Positions 41,312 to 53,231 of a DNA stretch of 64,000 bases are shown piece after piece. Within the stretch, counting starts at the first letter, position 1. Each line of letters opens with the position of its first letter. The notes under the pieces are model-generated. The model did no database searches. It was not told the origin of the DNA and saw only the letters and a list, made by a program, of their open reading frames with translations. Position numbers and translations under genes: made by a program. Origin of the DNA: Eledone cirrhosa (taxonomy: Eukaryota); the NCBI GenBank assembly GCA_964016885.1, contig OZ024740.1:307892001-307956000 (forward strand). The letters are read 5' to 3'.

Positions 41312-41548
41312 GATAAAACAGGTTTTACAAGCAAAACCAACTTGCAGGAGGCCCAGGGGTAGACTCTGAGGAAGATGGTTGGATAACATCCATGAGCTTA
41401 ACTGATCTCGTTGGGGATCCAGCTGAATCAGTTGGAGATGGTTGCTTCTGACAGGATCTGTTGGAAGGAGTGTTTGAGGACTCTGCCCCTACAACCCTCT
41501 CAAGAATAAGTGGGAGAAGAAGAAGAAGAAGAAGAAGAAGAAGAAGAC
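41312..41548 (+). mobile_element. RTE (Rex3/Expander-like), 5'-truncated 3' end with (GAA)n tail
   Basis: KQVLQAKPTCRRPRGR..RWLDNI..LEMVASDRICWKECLRTLP followed by (GAA)n. Confidence 0.7.
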
Positions 41549-41629
41549 AACAAGGACTACTATATCTCCAAATAGGATTAGATAATCACAAAGTTATTCT
41601 GTCTTTTGAGACTGCTGGGCATAGGATCA

Positions 41630-42296
41630 GTTGACTGTAATTGTACTATTTAACTCGTCAGAAGGTGATCACCGAAATGCACTTGATAGGTTTTCTGCCA
41701 AGTGTTGCATGGCTGGAATGAAAATCAATGCTGCAAAGATTGAGACACTCATCCTCTCAAGGAAGGAAGCCTGCACGGTGCACTCTACTAGTAAATGGAG
41801 TTCCACGGTAGCAGGTAGAGAAGTTCAAGTATCTTGGGGCTGTGTTCGCGAGTAATGGAAAGCAGGGGGCTGAATTAAGTGCAAAAATTACAGGAACAGG
41901 TACAGTAATGCACCAGCTTCAGAATTCGGTAATCAGAAGAAGGGAGGTAGGTATAAAAGCCAAACTCGCTATCTTCAATTTGGTACACATGCCAACCCTT
42001 ACCTATGGTCATGAATCTTGAGTAATGGCCAAAAGAATACGATTTATCACAAATATACGTGGCTGAAATGGGGTTTCTCCAAAGGTGTTTGGAGTAATAT
42101 TACTCAATGGAGTGCTTAGCCTGGAGATCAGAGAGTCACTCTAGGTAGATCTGCTACTTCTCTGAATTGAGAAATCACAGCTCCAATATTACAGAAATGT
42201 GATTTGAATGTTTCCGGAATGAATCGCTGGACAGATTTTAAGGGCAAAACCAACCAACCAACAGAAGAAGAAAAAGAAGAAGAACAACAACAACAT
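41630..42296 (+). mobile_element. RTE (Rex3/Expander-like) RT C-terminal fragment
   Basis: ALDRFSAKCCMAGMKINAAKIETLIL..QVEKFKYLGAVF..AKLAIFNLVHMPTLTYGHES*..AEMGFL..EKSQLQYY; frameshifted. Confidence 0.8.
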
Positions 42297-42463
42297 TTAG
42301 AAATTATAAGCCATGCTTAGTAATACAGCAGCAAACATTGCAGAGACACTCAGACATACATATGTATACATACATATGCATTTGCTTAGAATAAATGAAC
42401 CTTGAATATACACTATATGTTAGAAAATACACTAAACGTTACGTACGTAACGTATGTATGTAT

Positions 42464-43070
42464 GTCGGGTCACTCTTGAGTGCTACTGGTAACATGCAAC
42501 CCAGTACAACCTGTCACATCGTTGGGTCGTCGGCAACTAAACCGGCAACTCCACCAAGTTTACTTGGTGAGGAGGGTGATTTTGGACACCTTGCAGGACA
42601 AAATACAAAACCTGACAAAGGGCGGAAGAACTCATAAGAGTCAACAGCCATCCAAAAGTGTGTAAATATGTATATACACATGTACATATGTATGTATATG
42701 TATATGTGTATATGGATGGGTGTATGTGTATGTATATGCGTGGAGACATAGAAATAGTCGGGCTGGACACCCGATCGCGCAGTTAAACCACTGGGAGTGA
42801 AGGACCCCTAACCTTTGTCAGGGCATTCTTCTAGGAGAAGGCAACTCAAGAAACTGGAATAACTCCGATATAAAACCTGTGGCTCAGTAGTTACCGATGA
42901 TGTTGATCTTTTCTTCTTTTCGGGTGGGATTGGCTCAGTGCACAGTCTTTCCTCACTTTAAAAAATATCTTCACGCACAGGCATTGCACGATAGAATTAA
43001 TTAATAATTATTAATAATGTTATATCGTGCAATGGCCATACTCGATAACGAGGGGGCAACCATCATCATG
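42464..43070 (+). mobile_element. GC-richer non-coding repeat segments, RTE 5'-UTR-like, with a 12-bp hairpin
   Basis: Contains ctaggagaaggcaactc (resembles an RTE 5'-UTR motif) and the inverted repeat CATTGCACGATA (42982-42993) / TATCGTGCAATG (43023-43034); split by a TATG microsatellite. Confidence 0.4.
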
Positions 43071-43257
43071 TATGTATGTGTGTGTATATGTATAATGTGT
43101 TGTATAGTTTTTTGTAGTGCATGCGGTTCAGTGCAAGTTAAGAAGAGTAAGTTATAGGGAGCTGAGAGGGAGAAATTAGGATAAAGGTAAACCTGGCAGA
43201 ACCCAACCCTTTCCAGGTCTGAACAGACTGATTTTTTTTTTTTTTTTCTATAGAGGA

Positions 43258-43421
43258 AGAATCGACCCCAGTACTGGACTGGTACTTTATTTATTAACCT
43301 CGAAAGGATGAAAGGTAAAGTTGACCACAGCGGAATTTGAACTCAGAGTGCGCAATGAGGTGAGACGAATACCATAAAGCATTATATCTGATATCTTAAC
43401 GACTCTGTCAATTTTCCACCT
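43258..43421 (-). mobile_element. SINE family A (tRNA-derived)
   Basis: Shares ctggtactttat..gaaaggatgaaagg.aaagttgac..cggaatttgaactcag with 55233-55418; B box gagttcaaattcc on the minus strand. Confidence 0.75.
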
Positions 43422-43579
43422 TAATAAAATACAATAAACGAGATAAAACTTGATTAAAACGATATACGTTTTGTGTTTTATTGTTCATTTAGGTGAAGGT
43501 AGAGGTGTGGACAGATGAGAGTGTGAGAGTTAATGTTAAAATAAAAATTAGGGTTAATGTTAGAATTAGGATTTGTGTT

Positions 43580-44530
43580 AGTATTATTATTAACATAGTT
43601 ACCACGAACTGTCACATGGCTACAGTCAGCAAGCCTTGTTGCTGGGTTAGTATTGTTCATGTGATAGTGAGTACTTTTGGATTATAATCCTTCATTAGAT
43701 TATATTATTCTATATCATTTCTGGCTTGGCATCTCTATAATCCATTAGAGTATGTGCTTATGTGCTTCCATGTGTCTGGGTCACTCCGACAGTTTAGGTT
43801 AGGCACTTGCTTCTTAATAAAATATGCCTTCACTATTCTTAGGTTGACCAAATCTCTTAGTTCCGTTAGTACTTTTGTGGTTATTCTTCTTCCATATATT
43901 TCTTTGTGTTGGCATATATTTCTTGTGTTCCATATATTTCTTGTAGGCATTGCTTTTTCAAAAGTATTCTGTTATGCAGTTGGCATTTCATGGAACCGAT
44001 GTAGTTGGTTCTGTATATGAAGTTTAACCCATACACTACATGTTCTTTTAGGCCTATTGGTGTATTGTTCTTGTTAATTCCTGTGGTACTGTAAGCTTTG
44101 ATAGGGCATCTCCAAAGGCACCATGTCTTCATTGATCCTCTGCATGAGGTGTCTCAATTTCCTCCCGTGCCTTGTTACATGCACTGGGAGGCCTGTCCTT
44201 TGATACAGTTTCTCAGAAAATTTTCTGTCTGTTCTTGTTATGGCAGATCAATGTAGACCCAGGTTTTATCTTTGTTCTTTCATTTATTTCTCTCCTTTAC
44301 TTTCTTCTTGTTGGTGTGGTTGGTCTGCAAGTGGTAGTGGTTGCTACAAGGACTAAGGATGCTGGTTGATGTCGGCATGTGGTGTCTGTGACTGCATTTG
44401 CATTTGTGCTCTCCTTTTATACTTTCAATAAGGTTTCTTACAAGGCATTGTTCATAGCTTCTCTTTAACAGCAATTTCCAAGCATTTAGTACAGATCTTG
44501 CAGTGTATAAATTTGTTCCTGGCTATGTGG
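43580..44530 (-). mobile_element. Possible degenerate L1/Tx1-like ORF2 3' region
   Basis: Stop-poor minus-strand frames (..HRFHE..; NIWNTRNICQHK) ending in an (AAT)n-like tail; no decisive motif. Confidence 0.3.
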
Positions 44531-44574
44531 TGTTTTAGGCTTTGTGGATATGCTGAGTCTGGATGGAGGAAGAC

Positions 44575-45530
44575 ATCTCTTGGCAAAGCACCACAGATCA
44601 TCTAAGAAGAAATAATACCCGTTTTTACAGAGGAACACCAAATACAGAAAGGTTCTTTCATTATGGAGGAACTACAGAAAGCAGTGAAAAGTATTGGTAA
44701 CGGAAAAGCGTGCGGACTCGACGAGATCCCAGCTGAAGTGTGGAAGGTACCTGAATTTCACCCAATCCTACTAGAGTTGTGTAATGGTGTCTATAATCAA
44801 GACCCCATAGACAAATGGACTGAGGGATGTATACTCCCTTTTCCCAAAAAGGGCGATCTTGGAATGGCTAAAAACTACTGTGGCATAACACTAATGGCAA
44901 TTGCCGCAAAGATATACAATCTCATGGTGTTTGACAGAATAAGACCTGTCATTGACCCCTTGCTGAGAAAAAACCAAAATGGCTTCCGCACTAACAGGTC
45001 AACATCAGGGCAAATACTTACTATTTGGCGTATCTTGAAGGGCGTAAAAGCCAAAAACCTCCCAGCAACTCTCCTGTTTATTGACTTTTCAAAAGCATTC
45101 GATTCCATCCATCGTGGGAGGATGAGAGAGATACTTTTAGCCTACGGCTTGCCAAGGGAAACAGTAAATGCCATCATGATGTTATATAAAAACACCCGCG
45201 CAATGGTGCGCTCACCTGATGGAGATACCAACTTCTTTGACATCATTGCAGGAGTACTCCAAGGGGATACTCTTGCACCATATATTTTTATCATCTGCCT
45301 CGACTATGTATTGAGAAAAGCCCTGGACGAAAACTTAGAGCTTGGTTTCACTCTCACAAAGCAAAAGTGTAGACGCCATGGAGCTCAGAAAATCACTGAT
45401 GCTGACTATGCGGATGATTTAGTGGTCCTCGCTGACTACCTTAAGGATGCAACATCACTACTTCACAGCATCGAATCAGTTGCAAAGGAAATCGGACTCT
45501 ATGTCAACGCAGGCAAAACAGAATATATTT
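44575..45530 (+). mobile_element. RTE-clade LINE reverse transcriptase fragment, open for about 290 codons from 44663
   Basis: GKACGLDEIPAEVWK, PFPKKGDL..NY, QNGFR, FIDFSKAFDSI, GVLQGDTLAP, YADD, GLYVNAGKTEY; truncated into a TA/TG microsatellite. Confidence 0.93.
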
Positions 45531-46439
45531 TATTTGTATATATATACGTTTATATGTATGTATATTGTGTATGTATATATATATGTGTATATGTGTGTGT
45601 GTATGAAAAGATTCAGGACCCTGATGGCTGGGCTCTGGCTGTTTTGACAACTAGATCCGAACTAAAGCGCCAGTATTACCACACCCTATCTGTTATATAT
45701 ATATATATGTCCAAACCCATGCAAGTGTGGAAGATGGACGTTAAACGATGATGATGATGATGATGATGATATATATTTACACAGATACATGCAAGAGGTG
45801 TCCAATGAATCCCATGTAGTAATAGAATAAATCACCAGCTATTGAGGAACATATAAACTTTAGTAGTGTCTGAAGTATTTTTCCTGTGTTTACCAGAATA
45901 CCTTTCAACCATCATATTCTCACTACACTCATCTACTCACCCTAGTCGTTCACTATTCTGTCACTATTCTTTTTTCTGTTCACCCACTTGACGCCATTGC
46001 CTTTAACAAATGGAGGAACCTTAGAATAGTGAGGACTTTTAATCTTGTGATACACAATGCACCCTCGCTTGTACTGGTGAGGTGATAAAATGCATCCAGT
46101 ACATTCTATAAAGTGGTTGGCAATCAACTGAAGGCAATGTAGGAAAGAGAATTCCCTTGGATTGGTTAAAAAATGACAACATCTCTAATACTGGTACAAT
46201 GATAAAGTGGTTAATATAAGGAAAGCCAACTAGTTGTACCTATCATGCCTAAAATGTAGCATGCAAGAGACATGTGGTCCTCCAACCCACTTAGGGGTGC
46301 AGTAACTTTGAATATAAACAATTTGGTTCATGACGACCCACCCAACTTAACTTCAACAAGCTCTTGATATTATGGGCTTCTTGGTCTCCCCCCCCCCCTC
46401 TCTCTCTTTCTCTTCCTTAATGATGCCACAGATGTAGTG

Positions 46440-47010
46440 GTCTAAGGGGTTTAAAATCTGGAGAGTGAAATGGCTAGATGCTATTTATCAAATGATCATG
46501 AACATTTTTGACCAGACACTCCTGTGACCTGTAGAAGGCAGCATTCTCTGAATCTTTTCTGCAAACTGTTTCATCACTGAACAACAGAGACCTAATTATT
46601 AAGGCTGGTGATTTTAATGAACTTGTTGGGAAGCACAAAGATATATCCAGGGGGTTCATTAACTCTTTAGCATTTAAACCAGCTATATTAGGCCAAAATT
46701 CTCTCACCTTTTTCTGTTCAAACCGGCTGTAACCGGCTGCCCATACTGATGTTAAGGTATTTTTCTCAATATAAATAATTTCAAAATCTCAAAGATTCAA
46801 TATTATGTGAGATAATTATGTGAGGTAAATCCTTTACCATGAAAACAATAGTAACTATAGAGTAATGTAAATGCTAAAGGGTTAAAGCTATAACTTTGGT
46901 ATGTGGAATAAAGAGGGATCCAGGCTCCTGGAATTCTTTAAGGCAAACAACTTAATGATCTACTACACAAACTTTGAGAAACAGACTAGTCACCTGATCA
47001 CCTATGTACT
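46440..47010 (+). mobile_element. RTE APE-endonuclease fragment, interrupted by MITE copy 2
   Basis: LIIKAGDFNELVGKH [MITE] YNFGMWNKEGSRLLEFFKANNLMIYYTNF..SHLITY. Confidence 0.75.
46659..46885. mobile_element. piggyBac-type MITE, copy 2 (opposite orientation to copy 1)
   Basis: TTAA|CTCTTTAGCATTTA ... TAAATGCTAAAGGG|TTAA; the body matches the reverse complement of 36813-37033. Confidence 0.9.
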
Positions 47011-48210
47011 TTGGCATTGAAGGAAAAAGAAATGAGGTCTACATGGCCCTATGGTTTAATGTACATGACCAGATCTGGATTAACCATTTAGCCAAATAAG
47101 CACATGCTAAGGACACCCAGAGAGGATAGAAACCATGAAGATTTTGCATTGCTGAATTTACCATAGAGCATATACTGCAACTGAACCAAGGTCTACCAAA
47201 AAAGGGGCTGACAACAAATGAAAATAAAATATATACTATATGTATGTGTATATATATATATATATATTGTAGTAAAAGTTTGGACGAGTTCATATGTGTG
47301 TGTGTGTGTGTGTATGTACACATACACATCTCTATATATATACAGTATTTGACAGCTTGTAAGATGCACTTCTGTTCAAAATATATCCTAGAAAATCACC
47401 CTGTGTCTTATAAGGTCAGTTTGGGTTATTGGCTAGTGAAATTCTAGCAATGAAGTGGCCTTTAAATTAAACTGCAAACATATCCAAAAGTGTAAACAAT
47501 GTGGCTACAATTAAAGCTACTATTTTAATCGATTTTATGATGAATAAAATAAATTTATTTTCTTTTGTTTTAAAAATGCATTAAATATTTAAACAAAAAA
47601 TACAATGTACAGAATAAAGTAAATATATTTTCACAATTCCTTATGTCTTAAAAATGTACTAAAATATTACAACCAGAATAATCAATTAATCAGAGCTATT
47701 TATCAAATTAAAAATGCGAGGAAACAATAGACAAAAATATACCTATTTTAATTCTTTTGATAATTTTAACTCTTTCTGTCATTGAGTAAAACTGGTCAAG
47801 GCAGGTGTCGCACATAGACATATACCTATGTATCTGTGTGTGTATCTCATTACTATATTGTCCAAAACTCCCTTATGATCGAGTTAACCAGGAGGGTGAC
47901 AACTGCTTTTTCTAGCAGATACGGTACTCCCTTAATGTCTAGCCTTCACCTCACTTCTGTGACTGCTGTTAATTTTGCATTCTGCCTCTTGATAATTATT
48001 CACTTGTTATGATAGGGTAAAAAAACAGTCCAGTAACTGAGGGGTTTCTTGATAAGCCTTATTAACCTCACAGCCATAATGCACTTCTATAGTGCATGAT
48101 TGCTGCAAAGCTTTTTGGTGAAACTGCAGTCGGGACTTTGAAGAAAAAATAGGTATATTTTTGTCTATTATTTCCTCACATTTTAAATTTTATATATATA
48201 TATATATTAT

Positions 48211-48372
48211 AGAAAGAGTCCAATGGCTGAGGTCTTGCCATTTCGACAGCTAATTCCAGGCATTAGATGTCAAAACTGCAAGAGCTCAGCCGTTGGGCCC
48301 CGACTCTTTCTAATATAATCAAACTCAACTATCCCAAGTATCGAGTACACTGTTAATTAATGGTCTGACTAG
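48211..48372 (-). mobile_element. Unclassified hairpin-bearing repeat (about 100-nt fold-back plus tail)
   Basis: AGAAAGAGTC/GACTCTTTCT, CAATGGCTGAG/CTCAGCCGTTG and TCTTGC/GCAAGA arms; homologous pieces at about 45605-45660, 60256-60296 and 61527-61662. Confidence 0.65.
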
Positions 48373-48390
48373 TTTAATACTGGTTTAATC

Positions 48391-48435
<45 letters not shown>

Positions 48436-48469
48436 ATATATAAGATCAGATTTTGGCTTTGCTTGATTA

Positions 48470-48561
48470 ACAAGTCTGATGAGCAGATTGGGCTGGAGAC
48501 AGGTTTAATAGCATTTTCACAAATCCTGAGCCACCCATCTGTGAAACAGTTGTAACTGTGT
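48470..48561 (+). ncRNA. Type I hammerhead ribozyme (Penelope-type, long stem II)
   Basis: AGU-CUGAUGA(48476-82)-GCAGAUUGGG..CCCAUCUGU-GAAA(48543-46)-CAGUUG-UA-ACU; GUA cleavage triplet; AATAAA immediately downstream. Confidence 0.75.
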
Positions 48562-48704
48562 ATAATCAATAAAGAACTTAATGTGAAACCTTGTTTTGGT
48601 TTAATATATATATAGAGAGAGAAAGAGAGAAAGAAAGAGAAATATATATATATATATATTTACTCCGTCACTCCTATGTGGAATAAGTACGTTGAGTGCT
48701 TGAT

Positions 48705-48804
48705 TTGAATTGCATCAATGTTTACCCTAAGTATATATATATTGAATTGCATCAATGTTTACCCTAAGTATATATATATTGAATTGCACCAATGTTTACC
48801 CTAA

Positions 48805-48834
<30 letters not shown>
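48705..48834. repeat. 37-bp tandem repeat x3 ending in (TA)n
   Basis: TTGAATTGCATCAATGTTTACCCTAAGTATATATATA starts at 48705, 48742 and 48779. Confidence 0.9.
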
Positions 48835-48836
<2 letters not shown>

Positions 48837-49009
48837 CTTTACTGTACACTTCGGTTTCTTAATGCACTTCTTAATACATATTTTAATTAACTCCCAACAT
48901 GAATGTTAATTATATGTAAATTAGTGTGTCCATTTCAGAATACTGCTAAGAGCGAATGGGTATATAAGCCCATCAAATACATGTTTCCTTGTGGTTGTTT
49001 GAATGATAT

Positions 49010-49045
49010 ACATGGCTTCTGATGAGGGACCAACTAGTCCGAAAA
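49010..49045 (+). ncRNA. Truncated hammerhead core
   Basis: CTGATGA-G-GGAC-CAACTA-GTCC-GAAA; stem III and the 3' strand of stem I are missing; TATATAAG about 55 bp upstream. Confidence 0.45.
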
Positions 49046-49236
49046 TCAATTAAAGGTGTCTCTTATATTTTCAATTTACAGGGAAATTCTTATTTTCTGG
49101 TATGTCTACATATTAAAAATGTGTATATGTATAAACACATTAGTGCAGTCTCAGTTACCCACTCTGTATATATACAGATATAACTTTATTATACACTTCA
49201 ACTATTTAGTGTTTAGCATGTGTATATTTATAAATA

Positions 49237-49345
49237 ATTGTTTCTACTTTAGGCACAAGGCCAGCAATTACCCAGAGTGCATTACTGGTACTTTATTTTA
49301 TCGACCCCATAAGGATGAAAGGCTAAGTCAACCTCAGCGGGATTT
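49237..49345 (-). mobile_element. SINE family A, 3' half
   Basis: Near-identical to 55233-55340. Confidence 0.8.
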
Positions 49346-49431
49346 ATATATATATATATTTATAAATAATATGTCATAAATATATATATATTTATGTGTG
49401 CATATACATATTTATATATTTTTGTGTGTAC

Positions 49432-49467
<36 letters not shown>

Positions 49468-51886
49468 GTGTGTGTGTGTGTATCTATACATATATATGTG
49501 TGTGTGTATGTGTCTATATGTATATACATATGTGCGTATGTGTGTATGTGTGCCTGTGTATCTATATATATGTTCCTATGTATGTATATGTTAATGTGTA
49601 ATTAATTTTAGTGTTGGTATGGAAAACAATGGTAAAAGGGACCAAGTAATTTGATCTACCCCTTCTATGCTCTCTCTCTCTCTCTCCCCTCTTGTTTTCC
49701 CCTCTTTCTCTTTCTCCCTCTTTTCCATCCCTTCAAAAACATGTTCCCCTTTCCTCTTGGTCCAGCATGCAAGAAAGTCAGCACAAGAGAAGCAAGAAGA
49801 ACATGAAGAAAAAAAAAAAGAAAAAAAAAAAGAAAGATGAAAAAGAAGAAGAAAAGAAAGTAAAAACAAAATCCTATTTATTGCAATAACTACTAACTGT
49901 TAAAGTCCTAATCATGTTTCAACTTTAAGCTAGCCTGTTACAGTCCTCCTTAGTGAAGCAGAACATGGGTGGATTCTACAAGACCTCTCCAATGGCCTCC
50001 ACCACTACCCTCCCTACTAAGACATATCCTAGAAAGAGAATTTTTTTTTTGCCATGGAGAGGGGAAGAAAATAAAAAAAATCATGTTTAGTTGAGATAAT
50101 GTATATTCTAGCAGTTTTATTTTATTCATTTTGTTTTATTAATCTTTTTTTTATTCTTTTCTTTTCAAGAAAGGGGTGTATATTTTAGCCTTTCCTTGTA
50201 TTTCTATTTCAAAAATATTTTGGAGCAAGAAGTATGTTACTACAGTCACTTGTCAGTAAAAATGTCAAACTTCAAACTGTAAAGCAGGATAAAAAGTAAA
50301 TAAATAAATAAATAATTTGGTTTGGTTCCACTTTCCAGATGATGAAAGTTTATTCTGTTCAAGTATCATATGTATGTGTTTCTAGGAGTAGATCCTTCAT
50401 ATATATTGTGTGTGTGTGTGTGTAAGGGATGGATCATATGTGTTTTTGGTGGTGCTGGTGGTGGTAGAAGATGAGGTGAAGTAGAATTGGGCTGCTGATA
50501 CATCACTCAACTTGTATTTGTTTTTATATCTTCACCTCAAACATGACCTTTGTTTTACCTTTAGTTCATACACCATCATCACCATCTTTAGTCATTATTT
50601 TCTTTTATAGATATTGTCTGAGAGCTGTGAAAATGGCTGATGATGGTAGCAGGACAGAAGACTAGTTTCCAATCTTATCTTATGACTTAGTGGTTTATCC
50701 ATGGAAGATTGTGTTGCAGCAAACAAGTAGGTTGTTTGCTGTGCAATGAACTTCCTAGCTGAACTTATAAACATTTGAGTTAGTTGATGGAAAAGTAAAA
50801 TACAAAATCATCATCATCCTCAATCTCCTCCTTCCCATCCTCTTCTCCTCCTTCTTCATCATTCCCCTCCAGCTTCATAGTTTCAACTCTTTTAAAGTGT
50901 AGGCCCTGTCATATGTGGTTCCCAATTAAAGGCATTAGAGAAAGTTTGGAAAGAGATTTCAACTAATTAAATTTCCATATAAAAAGAAAAATGTTTCTTA
51001 GTTCAATGGCATGACATTACAATTTCTATTTTCTGGAGCTGTTTAGACATTTTTTCACTCTAACACTAATTATGCATCAGTGTTCAGGATTCTGGCTCCA
51101 CAATTGTAAATGAACAGTAGGATCAAATTTGTGGCAACCCAACTTACCTGTTTAATTCTTCACATTTATGACATTTATAGTCCTTTCTGCTATTTTCCTA
51201 AACAGTTTCTGCTCCTCTTTACCATTTCTGTCTTGATTTTCATTACTTAATTTTGTTTTTATCTTTTTTTTAATATTTCCATTATTTGAAAGTATCTTAA
51301 GATTCAAATACTGGACATTACCTATAATATTTTAGTTACCTTTCCTCAATATTAGAATTTGTTGTATAAAGAGACTAGAGGTTTAACTGTACTGCAAAGT
51401 CCTTTATAGCATTTCTTCAAGGAAACTATTACATATATATATATATATATAATTTTATTACTGGTGTGTCACCAAAGACTGGATTTTCAGATTCACTTGT
51501 ACCACAATGCTGGTTATATGTTCTAATATGTTTACTAAGGCTTTTAACTGTAGCTGGGCCTTGTCAGGTAAATAATACATGCTTTTTATGTCAAAATATG
51601 AAAAAAGAAATTAGAAGTTAGAGATATTGACTATTTTAATTGATCAGTAATATTTGTATACAAAATATTATATATTATCCACCATGTAGGAGCAAGATGC
51701 AGTCATCTGATTTGGTTTGTCTCACAGCTGAACAGCTTGTCTAACTCATGCTAACATGGGGAAATGGATGTTAAATGGTGATAACGATGATGATGATGAA
51801 TAATTACCAATCATGATATTAATTCCCCAAGGTTAATTTTATAACTTAAAACCAGTCCTACTTTGACCCCTTAGTCTCTTACTATC

Positions 51887-52102
51887 TTAACTCTTTAGCA
51901 TTTAAACTGGACATATCTGGCCAGAATTCTCTCCCCTCTTTCTGTTCAAACCGACCTTAACCAGCCACTAATACCAACCTTAAGGTATGGTTCTCAAAAT
52001 AAATAATATAAAAATCTCATAGATTTGATATTATGTAAGATAAAGCCTTTACTGCGAAAATACAATAGTAAATATAGAGTAATGGAAATGCTGAAGGGTT
52101 GA
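51887..52102. mobile_element. piggyBac-type MITE, copy 3
   Basis: TTAA|CTCTTTAGCATTTA ... GAAATGCTGAAGGG|TTGA; same body as copy 2, more diverged. Confidence 0.85.
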
Positions 52103-52807
52103 AGGAAACTACAAACTATAAAACAGCATACACTGCATTAATACAAGTTGCATGCATATGTGCACACTCGTGCATACACACACACACACACACACACACA
52201 TGCTATAGCAGAGTTATTGCCATAGAACAACTCTCAGGTGAAGAGATTCTTAAGCCTAACTATAGAAGATATAATCCATTTGTGTTGAACCAACAAAGGA
52301 AGTTTCAGGAATCAATATAGGAGCTATTATGTAGCTATTTGACTGACTCAATATAATCCTCTCCCACAAACTATCTGACATCTTTCAAATGAAGACCACA
52401 TGTTATATATCCTAAACCATGTACACATCCCTTTCCCTACACACAATTAAAACAGGATTGTCTTGTTCAGTTATTCACCTCTTTAAGTGTGATACAGCTG
52501 ACTGTAACAGGAGAAACAGTTTGATAATTCAACCTAGCTAGGCAGAATCAGATAGAGGTCATATTCATTTCAGGTGCTTCTGGAACATGACAGAGGAAAG
52601 TTAATACAGTTTAATTTTCATTTTGAATTTGTGAAGTTTAGTTGCTAGGTGAGAAATAAGTTGAACAATATAATCCAAGGGAATGCAAATCTGGTGAGAA
52701 AAAAAGAGGAAAAAATGTTAATATAAAGGAGGATCTAAAGAGTGAGAGATAAAGGGAAAGGACTTGCAATAAGAGTAGCTGAGGTGATGAGTGAGTTTAG
52801 ATGGGAG

Positions 52808-53100
52808 TCATCATCATCCCCATCATCATCATCACTGTTTAACGTCCCATTTTTTCCATGCCAGCATGGGTTAGACGGGTTGTCTCATTGTAAGACAAGC
52901 CAGATCAGATGACCGTGTCTTGCTCATATAGTATTGTTTATAGCTTGGTTTCTATGGCTGGATGCCCATCCTAACACCAACCACATTTACAGTGTGGGCT
53001 GGGTGCATTTTGGCACCAAAATGACCTCTTTATGGTGTGGGCTGGGCACTTATTGACATGACATTAACACAACCACTTTACAGAGTGGACTTGGTGCTGG
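52808..53100 (-). mobile_element. RTE 3'-UTR fragment with (GAT)n tail
   Basis: Reverse-complement similarity to 54400-54642. Confidence 0.75.
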
Positions 53101-53231
53101 GGTGGCGAGGGTGCGTGTATGTCGGGTGGGGATTGAGAGAGTCATAAAAAATTAACAGTCACCATTGCTGTAAAAGCAGAAGAGGCAGCAGAATACAGCA
53201 GTGGTTGAATGGTTGAAGATATTTTCCAATA

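Noticed and set aside
40619-41340. Minus-strand ORFs considered as an endogenous viral gene or host exon
   Set aside because: Downstream frames give RTE motifs (NWFDEN, FVDLTK), and part of the ORF is an inserted hAT-type MITE.
43485-43582. Interstitial telomeric repeat
   Set aside because: Only one exact TTAGGG in a loosely hexameric, degenerate stretch.
45531-45751. C-terminal 70 aa of the 362-aa RT ORF
   Set aside because: Read-through into a TA/TG microsatellite and unrelated repeats; not part of the RT.
50636-50670. CTGATGA...GAAGACTAGT as a hammerhead
   Set aside because: No GAAA core, no convincing stem II and no stem I complement.
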